A DNA stretch of 64,000 bases from Takakia lepidozioides (taxonomy: Eukaryota; Plantae; Bryophyta), in contig CM060733.1 in NCBI GenBank assembly GCA_030704615.1, forward strand, positions 5,332,001 through 5,396,000, in the 5' to 3' direction. The notes below the pieces were generated by a model that ran no database searches, was not told the origin of the DNA, and was given only the letters and a program-made list of their open reading frames with translations. A program made the translations under genes and the position numbers. Positions 54,081 through 64,000 of the stretch are shown here, piece after piece. The stretch's first letter is position 1. Every line of letters starts with the position of its first letter.

Positions 54081-54899
54081 TGACCTGTGGATGGCCTGTG
54101 CTGACTCGTGGAGGCACTGGTGGACTGCCTAAGGACTGGTATGTGGTCTTGAAGGCCAATTTTGAAGCTCGTGGAGGGCGGTTTGAGGAGTATCTTCATG
54201 ATATTCCCATGGTCATGCAAGTGAGGGAAGAGAGGAGAGGAAGAGTGTTGGGATGAGGGCATGCTGGGGTTAGGCATTGCTTTAGCTTCTCTTCCTCGTA
54301 GTTTCCACCCTCTCATTAGGCCAAGACCTTTCCGTAGGTGGAGGCAAGAGTCAGTCCGGGTTTGGGCTGGGGTGTCCTTGCAGGAGCAACACCGTGGAGT
54401 TGTTTTTGGTGTGGGGGAGTTGTCGTTCTGATTTCTTGTGTTTGGATCCCCTCCATACCTGCATGCTTGACTGTGCGCCATGCTAGTTTTGTGTGGGCGC
54501 TTGTTTTTATAGGTGATTGGTCCGGATTTGATCACCGGCCAGTCCTAGCTGTCGATGGTGAGGCTGGGGTGATGACCAACCAGACCATCATTGTTTCTCC
54601 TGTGGTGAGGTTGGAGGTGATGACCAGCCAACCATAGGTGCTTGCGGTGGATGCAGGTACAGGGTGTAGGCTATGTTAGGAACTTAGTATTCCAAACCAT
54701 AAGCCGCAACAGGTTCTCTACCCGGTTACCTTGTGGAGAGGGGGTTAGGGACATGTTCATGACCGGTTGAGTGTCAACACGGAGGTGCCACTAGTTGCTG
54801 GGGACAGTGCCGGTTCGAGCACTAGCGATACTAGTGGGTACACGAGACGAGGTGTGCGGTTTAGGCCACCTTCACCTCTTGTGTCTTCTACGGAAGGTT

Positions 54900-56168
54900 C
54901 TGATTCGGATTGTGAATCAGGAGGACTCATACAGGCGGTGCAAGTTGTTTCCTTGCCATTGTTGTGGGACACAATGGAGAGATGTATGGAGCTACCAAGG
55001 GGCCACGAAGGTACTCTGGGGCGGTGGGCACCATCGAGTTGGATGATTTTATCCAAGAGTTTGATAGTTGGTGTGATTTGCAGCAAATGCGCAATCCACA
55101 ACTATTTACGCCTTTCATGGCATGGAAGGGGCTGTTTCAGCACCTTGAGGGGCCGCCTATGGATGATTACCATGAGTTCAGGCGGGGGCATGAGGTTGAG
55201 ATCGAGGAGTGGAGGATGTACTGGTCACCCGACTATGTCTCCATCACTAGGGCAGTGGCTACCCCTTTCGCTGCACCCGCAGCTTCAGCAAGTAGCAGAG
55301 GGACTAGTGGGACTGGTGGTACAGTAGCTACGACGTCCACCCAAGCCACTACCGCACCAGCACACTAGTACCCGTGCCTGCTTCAACCCTGTTGTGGAGT
55401 TCTTCGAAGAGTTGAGAGGGAACTACCAAGGGTGAGGACAGAGAAGTTGCGGAGCTTGCAAGAGTTCCAACGGAAGCCGACCGAGAGCTTGAGGGAGGCT
55501 TTCACTCGCATGAGGCGCTTGATAAATGTAACCCAAGGGGTTACGGAAGCTCAGGCGGTCCAATTCTGGTATGGGATATTGGACAATGAGCTGAGGAGAA
55601 GGGTGCGGGATGCAACTCTCCTACAAGCGGCCCAACCCACCTTAGCAAATGTGTTTTTGCTGGCAGAGCGGATAGAGCTCAACATGGAGGAACAAGTGGT
55701 CATGGTGGGATTTGCTAAGGAGACACCACGGGGTAGTGGTGCTCCTAGCCAACCACTACCTCAATGTGCTCAAGGCAAGAAGGGGGCTCAGGTGAAGCTC
55801 AGGGAAGGGCAGAGAGGACCTCATATGCAGGGGTATCTCCCTTCATTTGCTGGCCAACAACGGGCGGATGTGGTGTGCTGGACATGTGGAGGACCCCATG
55901 TCAAGAAGGATTTCCCAGAGGGAGGCAAAGGGCCGGCACATGCACAGCCTGCACAGTTGCAGTGTGGGCATTGTGGCAAGTACGGGCATGGAGAGGCCCA
56001 GTGTTATGGTTTGCATCCTGAGTTGCGCCCAGGCCAGTTCCAAGGGAACAATGGTGGCCGAGGGCAAGGTGTAGTAGCCCAGAGAGGATGAGGTGGTCAG
56101 CCACGAGGTGCAGGCCAAGGGCAAGCTCAACATGGCCAAGGACGCGGAGGTCAGGGTGTTGACCAAGG
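54900..56168 (+). mobile_element. Ty3/gypsy gag of a sister element, cut at 56168 by insertion of the minus-strand element
   Basis: GTIELDDFIQEFDSWCD...HLEGPPMDDY, FQRKPTESLREAFTRMRRL, zinc knuckles CWTCGGPH...(C>F) and CGHCGKYGHGEAQC. Colinear with the minus-strand gag up to GTTGACCAAGG. Confidence 0.9.
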
Positions 56169-56694
56169 TGTCGTGCGCATACGTATCGCTACACAACTAC
56201 ATCGCTGTCCAAACCACACCACACATATATGCACAATAAAGCAGTCTGCCACAAAGCTAAAGGACACATACTCTCAACACAAGAAATATGAAATCCATCG
56301 CTATCACTCTTTAAAATAGAAGTCGAGCCAGGGGCACCCCAAGCTATATGGGGACTCCACCCCACAACAACCTACACTCTTATCATAGGCACATTCAGAT
56401 CTAAACGCATGAAGGAGCTCGGTCGCGCAGGCTCAACTCGAGAGAGATGAGCTGCGCGACTGCCGCTCTCGTGAAGATAAGACGGTTCAGGTGTCAAACT
56501 AAACTTGACACCTGATTTAACACTTGACCTAAATCCAAGTGTTAAATATAAATAACTAGCTTTATTCTAGTTGTTTTCACACTATGCTTATTTAACTTGA
56601 CAGCTGTCATGCGCATACGTATCGCTACACAACTACATCGCTGTCCAAACCACACCACACCACACATATATGCACAATAAAGTAGTCTGCCACA
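56169..56694 (-). repeat. 3' LTR region: 90-bp LTR-end copy (56694-56605) + GC + 434-bp LTR (56602-56169)
   Basis: 56605-56694 and 56169-56253 are near-identical direct repeats. 56602-56169 matches the solo LTR at 50407-50894. Confidence 0.85.
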
Positions 56695-56954
56695 ATCGCC
56701 CCCCTAGCTGGTGGATAGGTCCCTCTACCTCCAGATAGCTACAAGATATAATAGCCACAGCCGTACTAAGTCCTCTATCACTGTCCCTATTGTACTCAAA
56801 CTCTATAGACCAAGAGGCCAGGTACAAGAGTAGCCCCATCGTTAGTCGCCGTCTTGCAATCTGTGAACTTGAGCCAGGATCTCGTGTGTTCAAGGTCTCC
56901 TAGTAGCTTGGCATTGCATTTCTTGTTAGCCTTCCATGGTTGTATCCACTCCCA

Positions 56955-58240
56955 CTATCCAATGCAATGTGGACATAACCAATCCCCATCCGGAACCATC
57001 TCAAGAGGTGGAGTCAAGCATCCCATATGCCAACCTCTAGAGCATCGATCACACACCAGCATGGTGGCTGCCCCTCTAGCAGACCCACACAATATGCACC
57101 TCAAACCTGCAGATACGACTGCCAAGTTTGGGTCTATCCTGCCATCGACGTTCGGAAGGTGACATGGCGCACAATTACGCACATGGTCCTTCCAAGTTAT
57201 GCCATCCCGACCCTCCAAGACCAAGACGCCTGAGGGCAAGACCTCTCGAACCCTCAAAATAACACGTCCTGCAGTCACATCCAAGGTCGTAGGAGCAGTC
57301 TGCTGCAGATAGACGTAGTCACTAGGGTTGAATCTCCGAACCCCAGGACGATAGCCCCCACCACGTATGGTAGCATACCTCAACGTCACGGTGTTGTGCA
57401 ATGGCAAGGTTCTCAAAGCCATTGGCATGACTTTCTTGAACAACTCTGCACGTTGCTCACATGCACGTGCCCACACATCCGGATCGTCAAGGTTAAGAAC
57501 TGTAGCAGCTTCTCTGTGAATGGATGTAGGCAAATCCGGCTCTCGGCCAAAGAGAAGAAAGTATGGTGAGAAGAAGGCAAGTGATGCTTGCTTGCTGAAC
57601 CTGTAGCCCATGGCTAACCAGGGTAACTGAAGGTCTCAATCTCCTAGGTGTCCCTTCTGCAAGCCATACTTGCGTAAACCCCTCTTTACTGTCTGAACAA
57701 CTCTCTCTGCCAAGCCATCGGCCTCAGGATGATCCCGAGAAATGGTGCGGTGGTCTATCAAGGCCTTGTCACACAAAGCCTGAAACTCCCCCAAGAACTC
57801 TCTCCCTTGGTCCGTGAGTACCTCAGCTGGAGCACCACCGAATCGGCGAAGTACACAATCCAAGAATGCATACGCAGCTCCCTCACTAGCCTTATCAGGC
57901 AATGGAACCAATTCAATCCACTTGGAGAAGTGCTCCACCATCACCAACACGTACTTGTTGTGGCGCAATGAGTGGCAACGGCCCTGCGAAGTCAAGACTC
58001 CACCTGTAGCCCAATCCCATGATCGGAAGAGGGTGCAATTGTGGAGTAGGGGCGTTGAATGAAGCACACACCCTATCACACACCATGCACCTAGCCACAA
58101 ATTGTTGCACCTCTGTGTGCATACCACGCCACCAATACTGCCCCTGCAGTAGACTATGAGTGCGTCGCACCCCAAAATGCCCCAACTCCTCATGGGCATG
58201 CCGCACTAACCGTGCCCGCTATGTTGGGTGAGGCACAATC
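56955..58240 (-). CDS. Integrase (HHCC + DDE core) with C-terminal PHD finger; frameshifted
   Basis: HEELGH..CMVC, WSLDFAGP, VLTDQGREF, GLAERVVQTVK, FSPYFLLFGR. PHD CILC...CDRC..GWHMGC...WLCPHC at ~57098-56964. Confidence 0.93.
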
Positions 58241-58589
58241 CTCACTCGACATCCTCCCACACTCGGAGCAGGTGTGTCCCCTCCCACTTGAACCTCTTGG
58301 CTCGTTGTAGGATCCGATCCCTCTCCTTGGCAGTCACAGTGGCTGCAGTGTCTCCAGTGCGGAGGTAGTCCAACACAACTGAATCCTCATGTATATCTTT
58401 GGCGCCACCTTGCTCATTGCTGGCCTCAGGGTCCTCAGACACTTGATCTACAGTCATCCCTGTTGCAGGTCCAACCTGGCCTTCCGCGCCAGATACACAG
58501 AAATGCAGATGCATGCCATCCGGGCACCATTCCTCGTCCGTCTCACCATGCCACCGAGCTCCAGTGTCATCCTGCTGGCTCGTGCATGG

Positions 58590-59960
58590 ATTGCGACTCA
58601 ACCCATCTGCATTGCGATTGACCAAACCTGGTCGATGCACCACCTGAAAGTCATACTCTTGAAGGATTGATGCCCACCGTGCAAGCTTCCCCGTAAGCTT
58701 GTCTGACTCCATCAACCACTTGAGTGGTTTTGGTGATCCGTGACAAGGGTGAAGAGATTGCCATATAGATAGCACCTGAAGTGTGCCACGGCCCACACTG
58801 CAGCTAAGCATTCTCCCTCATATGAGCTATACTTAGACTCTGCAGCATTGTTCGAGCGGCTAGCATAAGCCACTACGAACTCTCTTCCCTCATCATCCAC
58901 CTGTGTGAGCACCGCTCCAAGCCCCAGCATGCTCCAATCTGTATGCAGCTGAAAAGGACGCCCCCTGATAGGTCGTCTCAAGATGGGCGCCGAGGTCAAC
59001 CTCGCCTTGAGCTCTTGAAAAGCTTGTTCTTGCTCATCTTCCCACTGCCACTCCTGGTCCACCTTGGTCAGCTTGGTTAGAGCCTTTGCAATGGCACTAA
59101 ATCCCTTAACAAACCGTCTATAATAGTTTGCTAACCCCATGAAAGCTCGAACTCGGCTCACATCCGTGGGGCGTGGAACCTGTGCAATGGACTCTACCTT
59201 AGTCTGCTGTACCCCCAATCCTCCAGGATATATCATGTGACCCAGATACTCAATCTGGTTGTGGAAAAACTTGCACTTTCCCGGATGTAACTTCAATCCG
59301 TGCGTCCTCAAGCGCTCAAATACCCCCTGAAGGTGTCTCTCATGCTCCTCCACCGTAGCACTAAAGATGATGATGTCATCTATGTAGCACCGAGCAAACT
59401 CCACCCCTGCTAGAATCCTGTCCATGACTCTTTGAAACTCAGCAGGAGCGTTTTTAAGCCCAAATGGTAAGAACCGCCACTGGTATAGGCAATCCTTCCC
59501 GTGCTCATTGATCCCCCAGAATGCCGTCTTTTGCTTATCCGCCTCCTTGATCGGCAACTGGTGATATCCGGATCGTAAATCCAACGTGCTAAAGACCTTG
59601 GAATGCCCAATGGCATCAAAGATCTCCTCTGGTGTCGGCATGGCATACCTATCGGACTTGGTCTGACGATTTACAGGCCGGTAATCACCGCACATACGTC
59701 TCTCCGTCCAATTGCCATAGACATCCTTCTTGGCTGGCATCACTGTGGCTGAAGCATACTCTCCACCAGAGAGCTCCACCAAACCTGCCTCCCAAAGATC
59801 TTGAGTTCTCATCTGAATCAAGACCTCTCCATGTCACTGTATCTATAGGGTCTCCGAAAGATTGGCGTGTCAGTGGCCAACTCAATGCGATCTCTTGACC
59901 CTTCAGTGCTCCCAAGTCCTTCAAACTGAAGGCAAAGCAATTCCTGTAAGCCCTCAGGAA
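58590..59960 (-). CDS. Reverse transcriptase and RNase H
   Basis: RMCGDYRPVN, FSTLDLRSGYHQ, LPFGLKNAPAEFQ, YIDD, YLGH, FMGLANYYRRF, LHTDWS, YEGECLA, TDH. Confidence 0.97.
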
Positions 59961-60379
59961 CCGCCGTATACGTCGTCTCTCTCTCCTCCGGTGACAATGG
60001 GTCCAATGTCAGGCTCCCAATTGTCCTCCGTAACTGCAACCTTAAGTCCAGTGGGCTTAGAGGTAGAGGACGCGTCCCGTGGTTGCTATGCTGCAACCTC
60101 TTGAGCAGTACTCCCTTCCTGCTCAGTCAATGACAAGGCCTCATCCTGCCCCATCATCTCATCATTGAGAACCTCCTCAACCCGAGAAGAATCCCCAACC
60201 TCATCCATCACAGCTGCCTTGGCTGCCAACTCCCTCTGAACCTCGAGCACCTCCCACGTGTGCCATGGATGTCTACACCCCGTGGTCCTCACCGGCTCGC
60301 CCCCACTCGCTGCCTGTACCGTCTCGGTAGGCAGAGAGACCGTCAAGGGAAGTGCACTCCGCACTCTACGTTGCTCAGC

Positions 60380-61325
60380 CATAGCCAAGCTGATAATCCA
60401 GGTCAAGCAATTGAGATCCATTGCTTGCCCCAACACCTGACGACGTGATGCCTCAGAAAGAGAAGGCACCGCCGTGGTCCCAGTGGAAAACCCCATAGCC
60501 CGCTCTCGCTCGTCGGCATTAGGCTCCACTAACTGTTGCAACTGAGCATCCCACAGGAGGCCAGGTCCACCATCCCGAAAAGCATGGGATCCTGGGAAGC
60601 TGAGCAGTGTAGGTAATGCTGCTCGTGGTTGACCCACCCTGTTGACCACTGCCAAAGGCGAACGGTCATCGTGTCTCACACGTTGAGACTGCCTCCCTGT
60701 GTCAAAATGCATCCACGTGAGGTGTGCTGGCCGCTGCACCCCATCAAATGCACGCTTGAGCAGTGCGGGTGGCATCAAGTTAGTCCACCATAGCCGTGGA
60801 CGATGAGCCCGTGATCCCACTGCAGCTGCATCCAGCACACTGCTGACCCAAGCCACGACCGGACTTGATGCACACTGGCCATCACCCTGGCCCGAGAATC
60901 GCCCATCAGTGGCACATTCTCCAAGATGTATGCTGGAGATACAGCTTGATGAAGCTGCAAGTGGCGCAAAATCCGCACCATCCCAAAACAGACCCGTCCT
61001 CGAGTCTCGCAATCCATTGCCATGCCCGGCTGATGAATGCCCTTGGCAGGGCCAACCTGCCACTACCAGATCAATGGAGCCAACCTGCTCCAAATCCTGC
61101 CCCCAGCAAGAAATGTCTGCTGGCAAGGCTTGTTGGTATCCACGAACTGCAGACACTGGCAACAAGCAGGGTACTGCTGTACCAACTGAGCAACATGGCG
61201 CAGTGAGACGCGTCGTGCAGTCTCATCCTCTCCACATACAGGTAACGCCTTACCGCACACCTGCCTGTAGCACAGCAGCCAATCCGGTGCTGATCCCGCC
61301 AAACAAGTCCAGAAGGCAAATGCCT
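60380..61325 (-). CDS. C5 DNA cytosine methyltransferase domain, DNMT3-like, embedded in pol; split by frameshifts
   Basis: Motif I LDLFGGISTG, II YLYVE, III ADI, IV DLVVAGWPCQGHS, V DSRTGLF, VI YILENV, VIII AHRPRLWWTNL, IX ERERAMGF, X RRQVLGQAM, in canonical order across ORFs 61250-61609, 61071-61319, 61063-61425, 60086-61165 and 60775-61023. Confidence 0.92.
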
Positions 61326-61769
61326 TCATCCGGATACTGCCACACAATAGGTGTGGTATCCAATGGTGACAACTGAGGTGGTCCTGGTGCAATACCCGCA
61401 CTCTCCTCCTCTCCTGACGGTACAAAAGCCTCTACCCAGGCTTGTTGCACCCGTCGATCAGCAACCTGCTGCAAATCCTTGCTCGTACCCCACAATGGAG
61501 TGTGAGCAACCATGGCAGGCAACTCCGCCATACCATGCATGTCATCCTGCTCTGCTGGAGGTGGCACATCCTCTGCATGGCATTGCCTTCCAGCAACTCT
61601 CCAGGCCAACTAACTGCAGCTGTAAAGGCGGCTAGTGTTGGCATCTTGCCCCGTTGGGCAGCCGCAATACCCCCAATGAATGTCACAGGGAGCTGTGCAC
61701 GACGACCATCCCCTGACTGCCATCCAGGCCTGTAGGATGCTGACTCCTCCCAAAGTCCAGGGTGAAGCC

Positions 61770-62040
61770 CATGGGTATAACACTGCCCCACCAACGAGGA
61801 CATCGTAAGAGACCGCGTCTGTCACAATGGCCTTGGCTCGCATTACTGAGCCATCGATAGGATGATCCGGCTGTAGTCTAATGGCCAACTGATGAGTGTC
61901 ATGCCCGAGCCTGCTCTGATCCTCCCAGAGATGTCTGTATCTGGAAAAGACAAGGCTCCATATCCGCCTCCATGAGGCCCAAACCTGCAATAGCAGCTCT
62001 GCCCAACATCAGTGGCTAAGCTCCCAAGTCCAACAAGACC
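61770..62040 (-). pseudogene. Retroviral-type aspartic protease, inactivated
   Basis: VLLDLGA*PLMLG at 62039-62000 (expected DSGAQ) and C-terminal YDVLVGG motif. Confidence 0.8.
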
Positions 62041-62539
62041 TCGCAGTGGCCGGTACTTCTTGCCTGCCGGTCCACTCAAAGAGAAAATGCCATCCTGGTT
62101 GTCTAACAAGACAACTCCAGGTGTCACCATGGCGCGCTCAAAGGCTGGCCTAGCTGGCAGCTCCGTCAACCTGGCAGCTGCAGCTTGCCATGGCGCAGCC
62201 GTGGCAGTCTTGACCCTCAAATCCGAGGATCCCTCTGCCACTACACCTCCACTAACTCCGCAGAAGATGAAGTGACCTCCCCACTCTCACAGAGTGTTGC
62301 TGCTAGTCTGAACACTGCAGCTGGTCTTACCCCCGGCGTCGCAATCATGGTTGCCGAGAACAGTGGGGCTTGACACACAGAGGTGGCTGCCCCCAACAAC
62401 ACACCGGCTGCACTAGCCTTGGCAGCAGGTGTCAGTGCTGCACGTGTAGCTCTCCCCAATGGCATAGTAACCTCCGCCTCGGTAACAGTCGGGCGAGAAC
62501 TAGGTGCCATGGATGGCGTCGACACTGTCTCCGCCAAGT

Positions 62540-64000
62540 GAATGACTGAGGAAGCCTCGCCTGACGGCTTGCCTCCCCACGTTGTGGATCCAACTCCACC
62601 TCTGCACCTCGTGGCTCAGGAACTCGTGCTGCTCCTCGAGTCACGGCTGCAGCAGACTCCACCTGCTCTAGTGGTAGTGCTGCTCCGCACATGAATCCCA
62701 TGCCTCCCATATCTCCTCCCTCAGGAGCAGGAGGTGGACCATCCCGCCTGGGAGCCGGTACCGCCTGAGCTGTAGCCATGGCAGCGAGCCTCTGCTCTAG
62801 CTGCTGAAGCCGGTTGGCCATGCCTTGGTCAACACCCTGACCTCCGCGTCCTTGGCCATGTTCTTGCCACCTCGTGCCCGACCACCTCGTCCTCTCTGGG
62901 CTGGTCCACCTCGCCCCGGCCACCATTGTTCCCTTGGAACTGGCCTGGGCGCAACTCAGGATGCAAGTCATAACACTGGGCATCTCCATGCCCATACTTG
63001 CCACAATGCCCACACTGCAACTGTGCAGGCTGTGCTTGTGCCGGCCTTTTGCCACTCTCTGGGCAATCTCTCTTGACATGGGGTCCTCCACATGTCCAAC
63101 ATATCACCCCTGGTTGCTGTTGGCCTGCAAAAGATGCCACGGGCCTCTGCACCTGAGGTCCCCTGTAAGCTCCATGGAACTTGGGTTGGGAAACCTTGCC
63201 CCCCTGACCACGCTGTTGGGCAGTCCCTTGTGCCTGTGGGCTGGCAGCTGCGCCTCGTGCAGGCATGTCCTTGCCAAATCCAATGGTAACAACTCGCTCC
63301 TCCACCATGTTGAGCTCAATCCGCTCAGCCAGCAGAAACACATCTGCTAATGTGGGTTGGGCTGCTTGTAACAGGGTTGCATCCCGCACCCTTCTCCTGA
63401 GCTCCTTGTCCAAATTCCATACCAAACTGGATTGCCTGAGCTTCAGTAACCCCTTGGGTCACACTTATCAAGCGCCTCATACGAGTGTACGCCTCTCGCA
63501 GGCTCTCACTGGGTTTGCGCTGGAAGTCTTGCAAACTTCGCAGCTTCTCTGTCCGTACACCTTGGTAGTTCCTCCGCAACTCCTGGAAGAACTCCACCAC
63601 CGGGTTGAATCTAGGCACATGTGTTGTAGTCGTGGCAGGAGGAGTAGTAGCACCTTTTGAACTGGTACCACCTGCAGAAGTACCGGCACTACTTGTTCCA
63701 CTACTAGTGCTGGCAGTGGGAGATATTGGTACTGATGCAGCTACTGGTCGCGTCGTGCCTCGAGTAATGGAGACGTAGTCAGGTGACCAATACATCCTCC
63801 ACTCCTCAATCTCTGCTTCATGTCCTCGCCTGAACTCGTGGTAATCGTCCATAGGCGGGCCTTCCAAATGCTGGAACAGTCCCTTCCACGCCATGAATGG
63901 GTGAATAGCTGTGGATTGCGCATCTGCTGCAAATCACACCAGCTGTCGAACTCCTGGATAAAGTCATCCAACTCGATTGTGCCCACAGCTCCAGAGTACC
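62540..64000 (-). CDS. Gag with two zinc knuckles; frameshifted, N-terminus outside the window
   Basis: GTIELDDFIQEFDSWCD, FQRKPSESLREAYTRMRRL, CWTCGGPHVKRDC, CGHCGKYGHGDAQC. Confidence 0.92.

Larger units (their letters stand above)
56169..64000 (-). mobile_element. Ty3/gypsy LTR retrotransposon: gag - protease - DNMT - RT - RNase H - integrase - PHD - PPT - 3' LTR; 5' end lies beyond the window
   Basis: Domain order RT-RH-IN is gypsy type. PPT AGGGGGGCGA at 56705-56696. LTR sequence with TG..CA ends at 56694-56169. Confidence 0.95.

Noticed and set aside
60086-61609. Host DRM/CMT/MET1 gene or bacterial restriction-modification contamination
   Set aside because: No introns, UBA, BAH or chromo domains, no motif permutation and no partner endonuclease. 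It is colinear with gypsy protease and RT.

Overview
Eukaryotic, intron-rich plant nuclear DNA, most likely from a non-seed land plant (inference from gene and TE content). It carries three spliced host genes whose exons I could join by hand with GT-AG junctions and consistent phase: plastid ribosomal protein L10 (-), a HIPL1/HHIP-like GPI-anchored protein (-) and a probably organelle-targeted AI-2E (YdbI/PerM-type) transporter (-). It also has an intronless gene for a small Val-rich secreted protein (+). The rest is mostly transposable elements: a CACTA end, a 3-kb higher-order repeat, tRNA-derived SINEs, MITEs, a decayed MULE/SWIM transposase with a Ulp1-like protease, a 5'-truncated L1-type LINE and Ty3/gypsy pieces. 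The standout is a Ty3/gypsy LTR retrotransposon (56169-64000+, minus strand). Its pol region carries a DNMT3-like C5 cytosine methyltransferase catalytic domain between protease and RT, and a PHD finger in place of a chromodomain at the integrase C-terminus, so it encodes a predicted epigenetic writer and reader. It is nested in a sister element's gag, and its 3' end has an LTR-LTR junction-like structure. This copy is frameshifted, and sequencing error versus decay cannot be fully separated here. All domain calls are from motif recognition by eye, not database searches.
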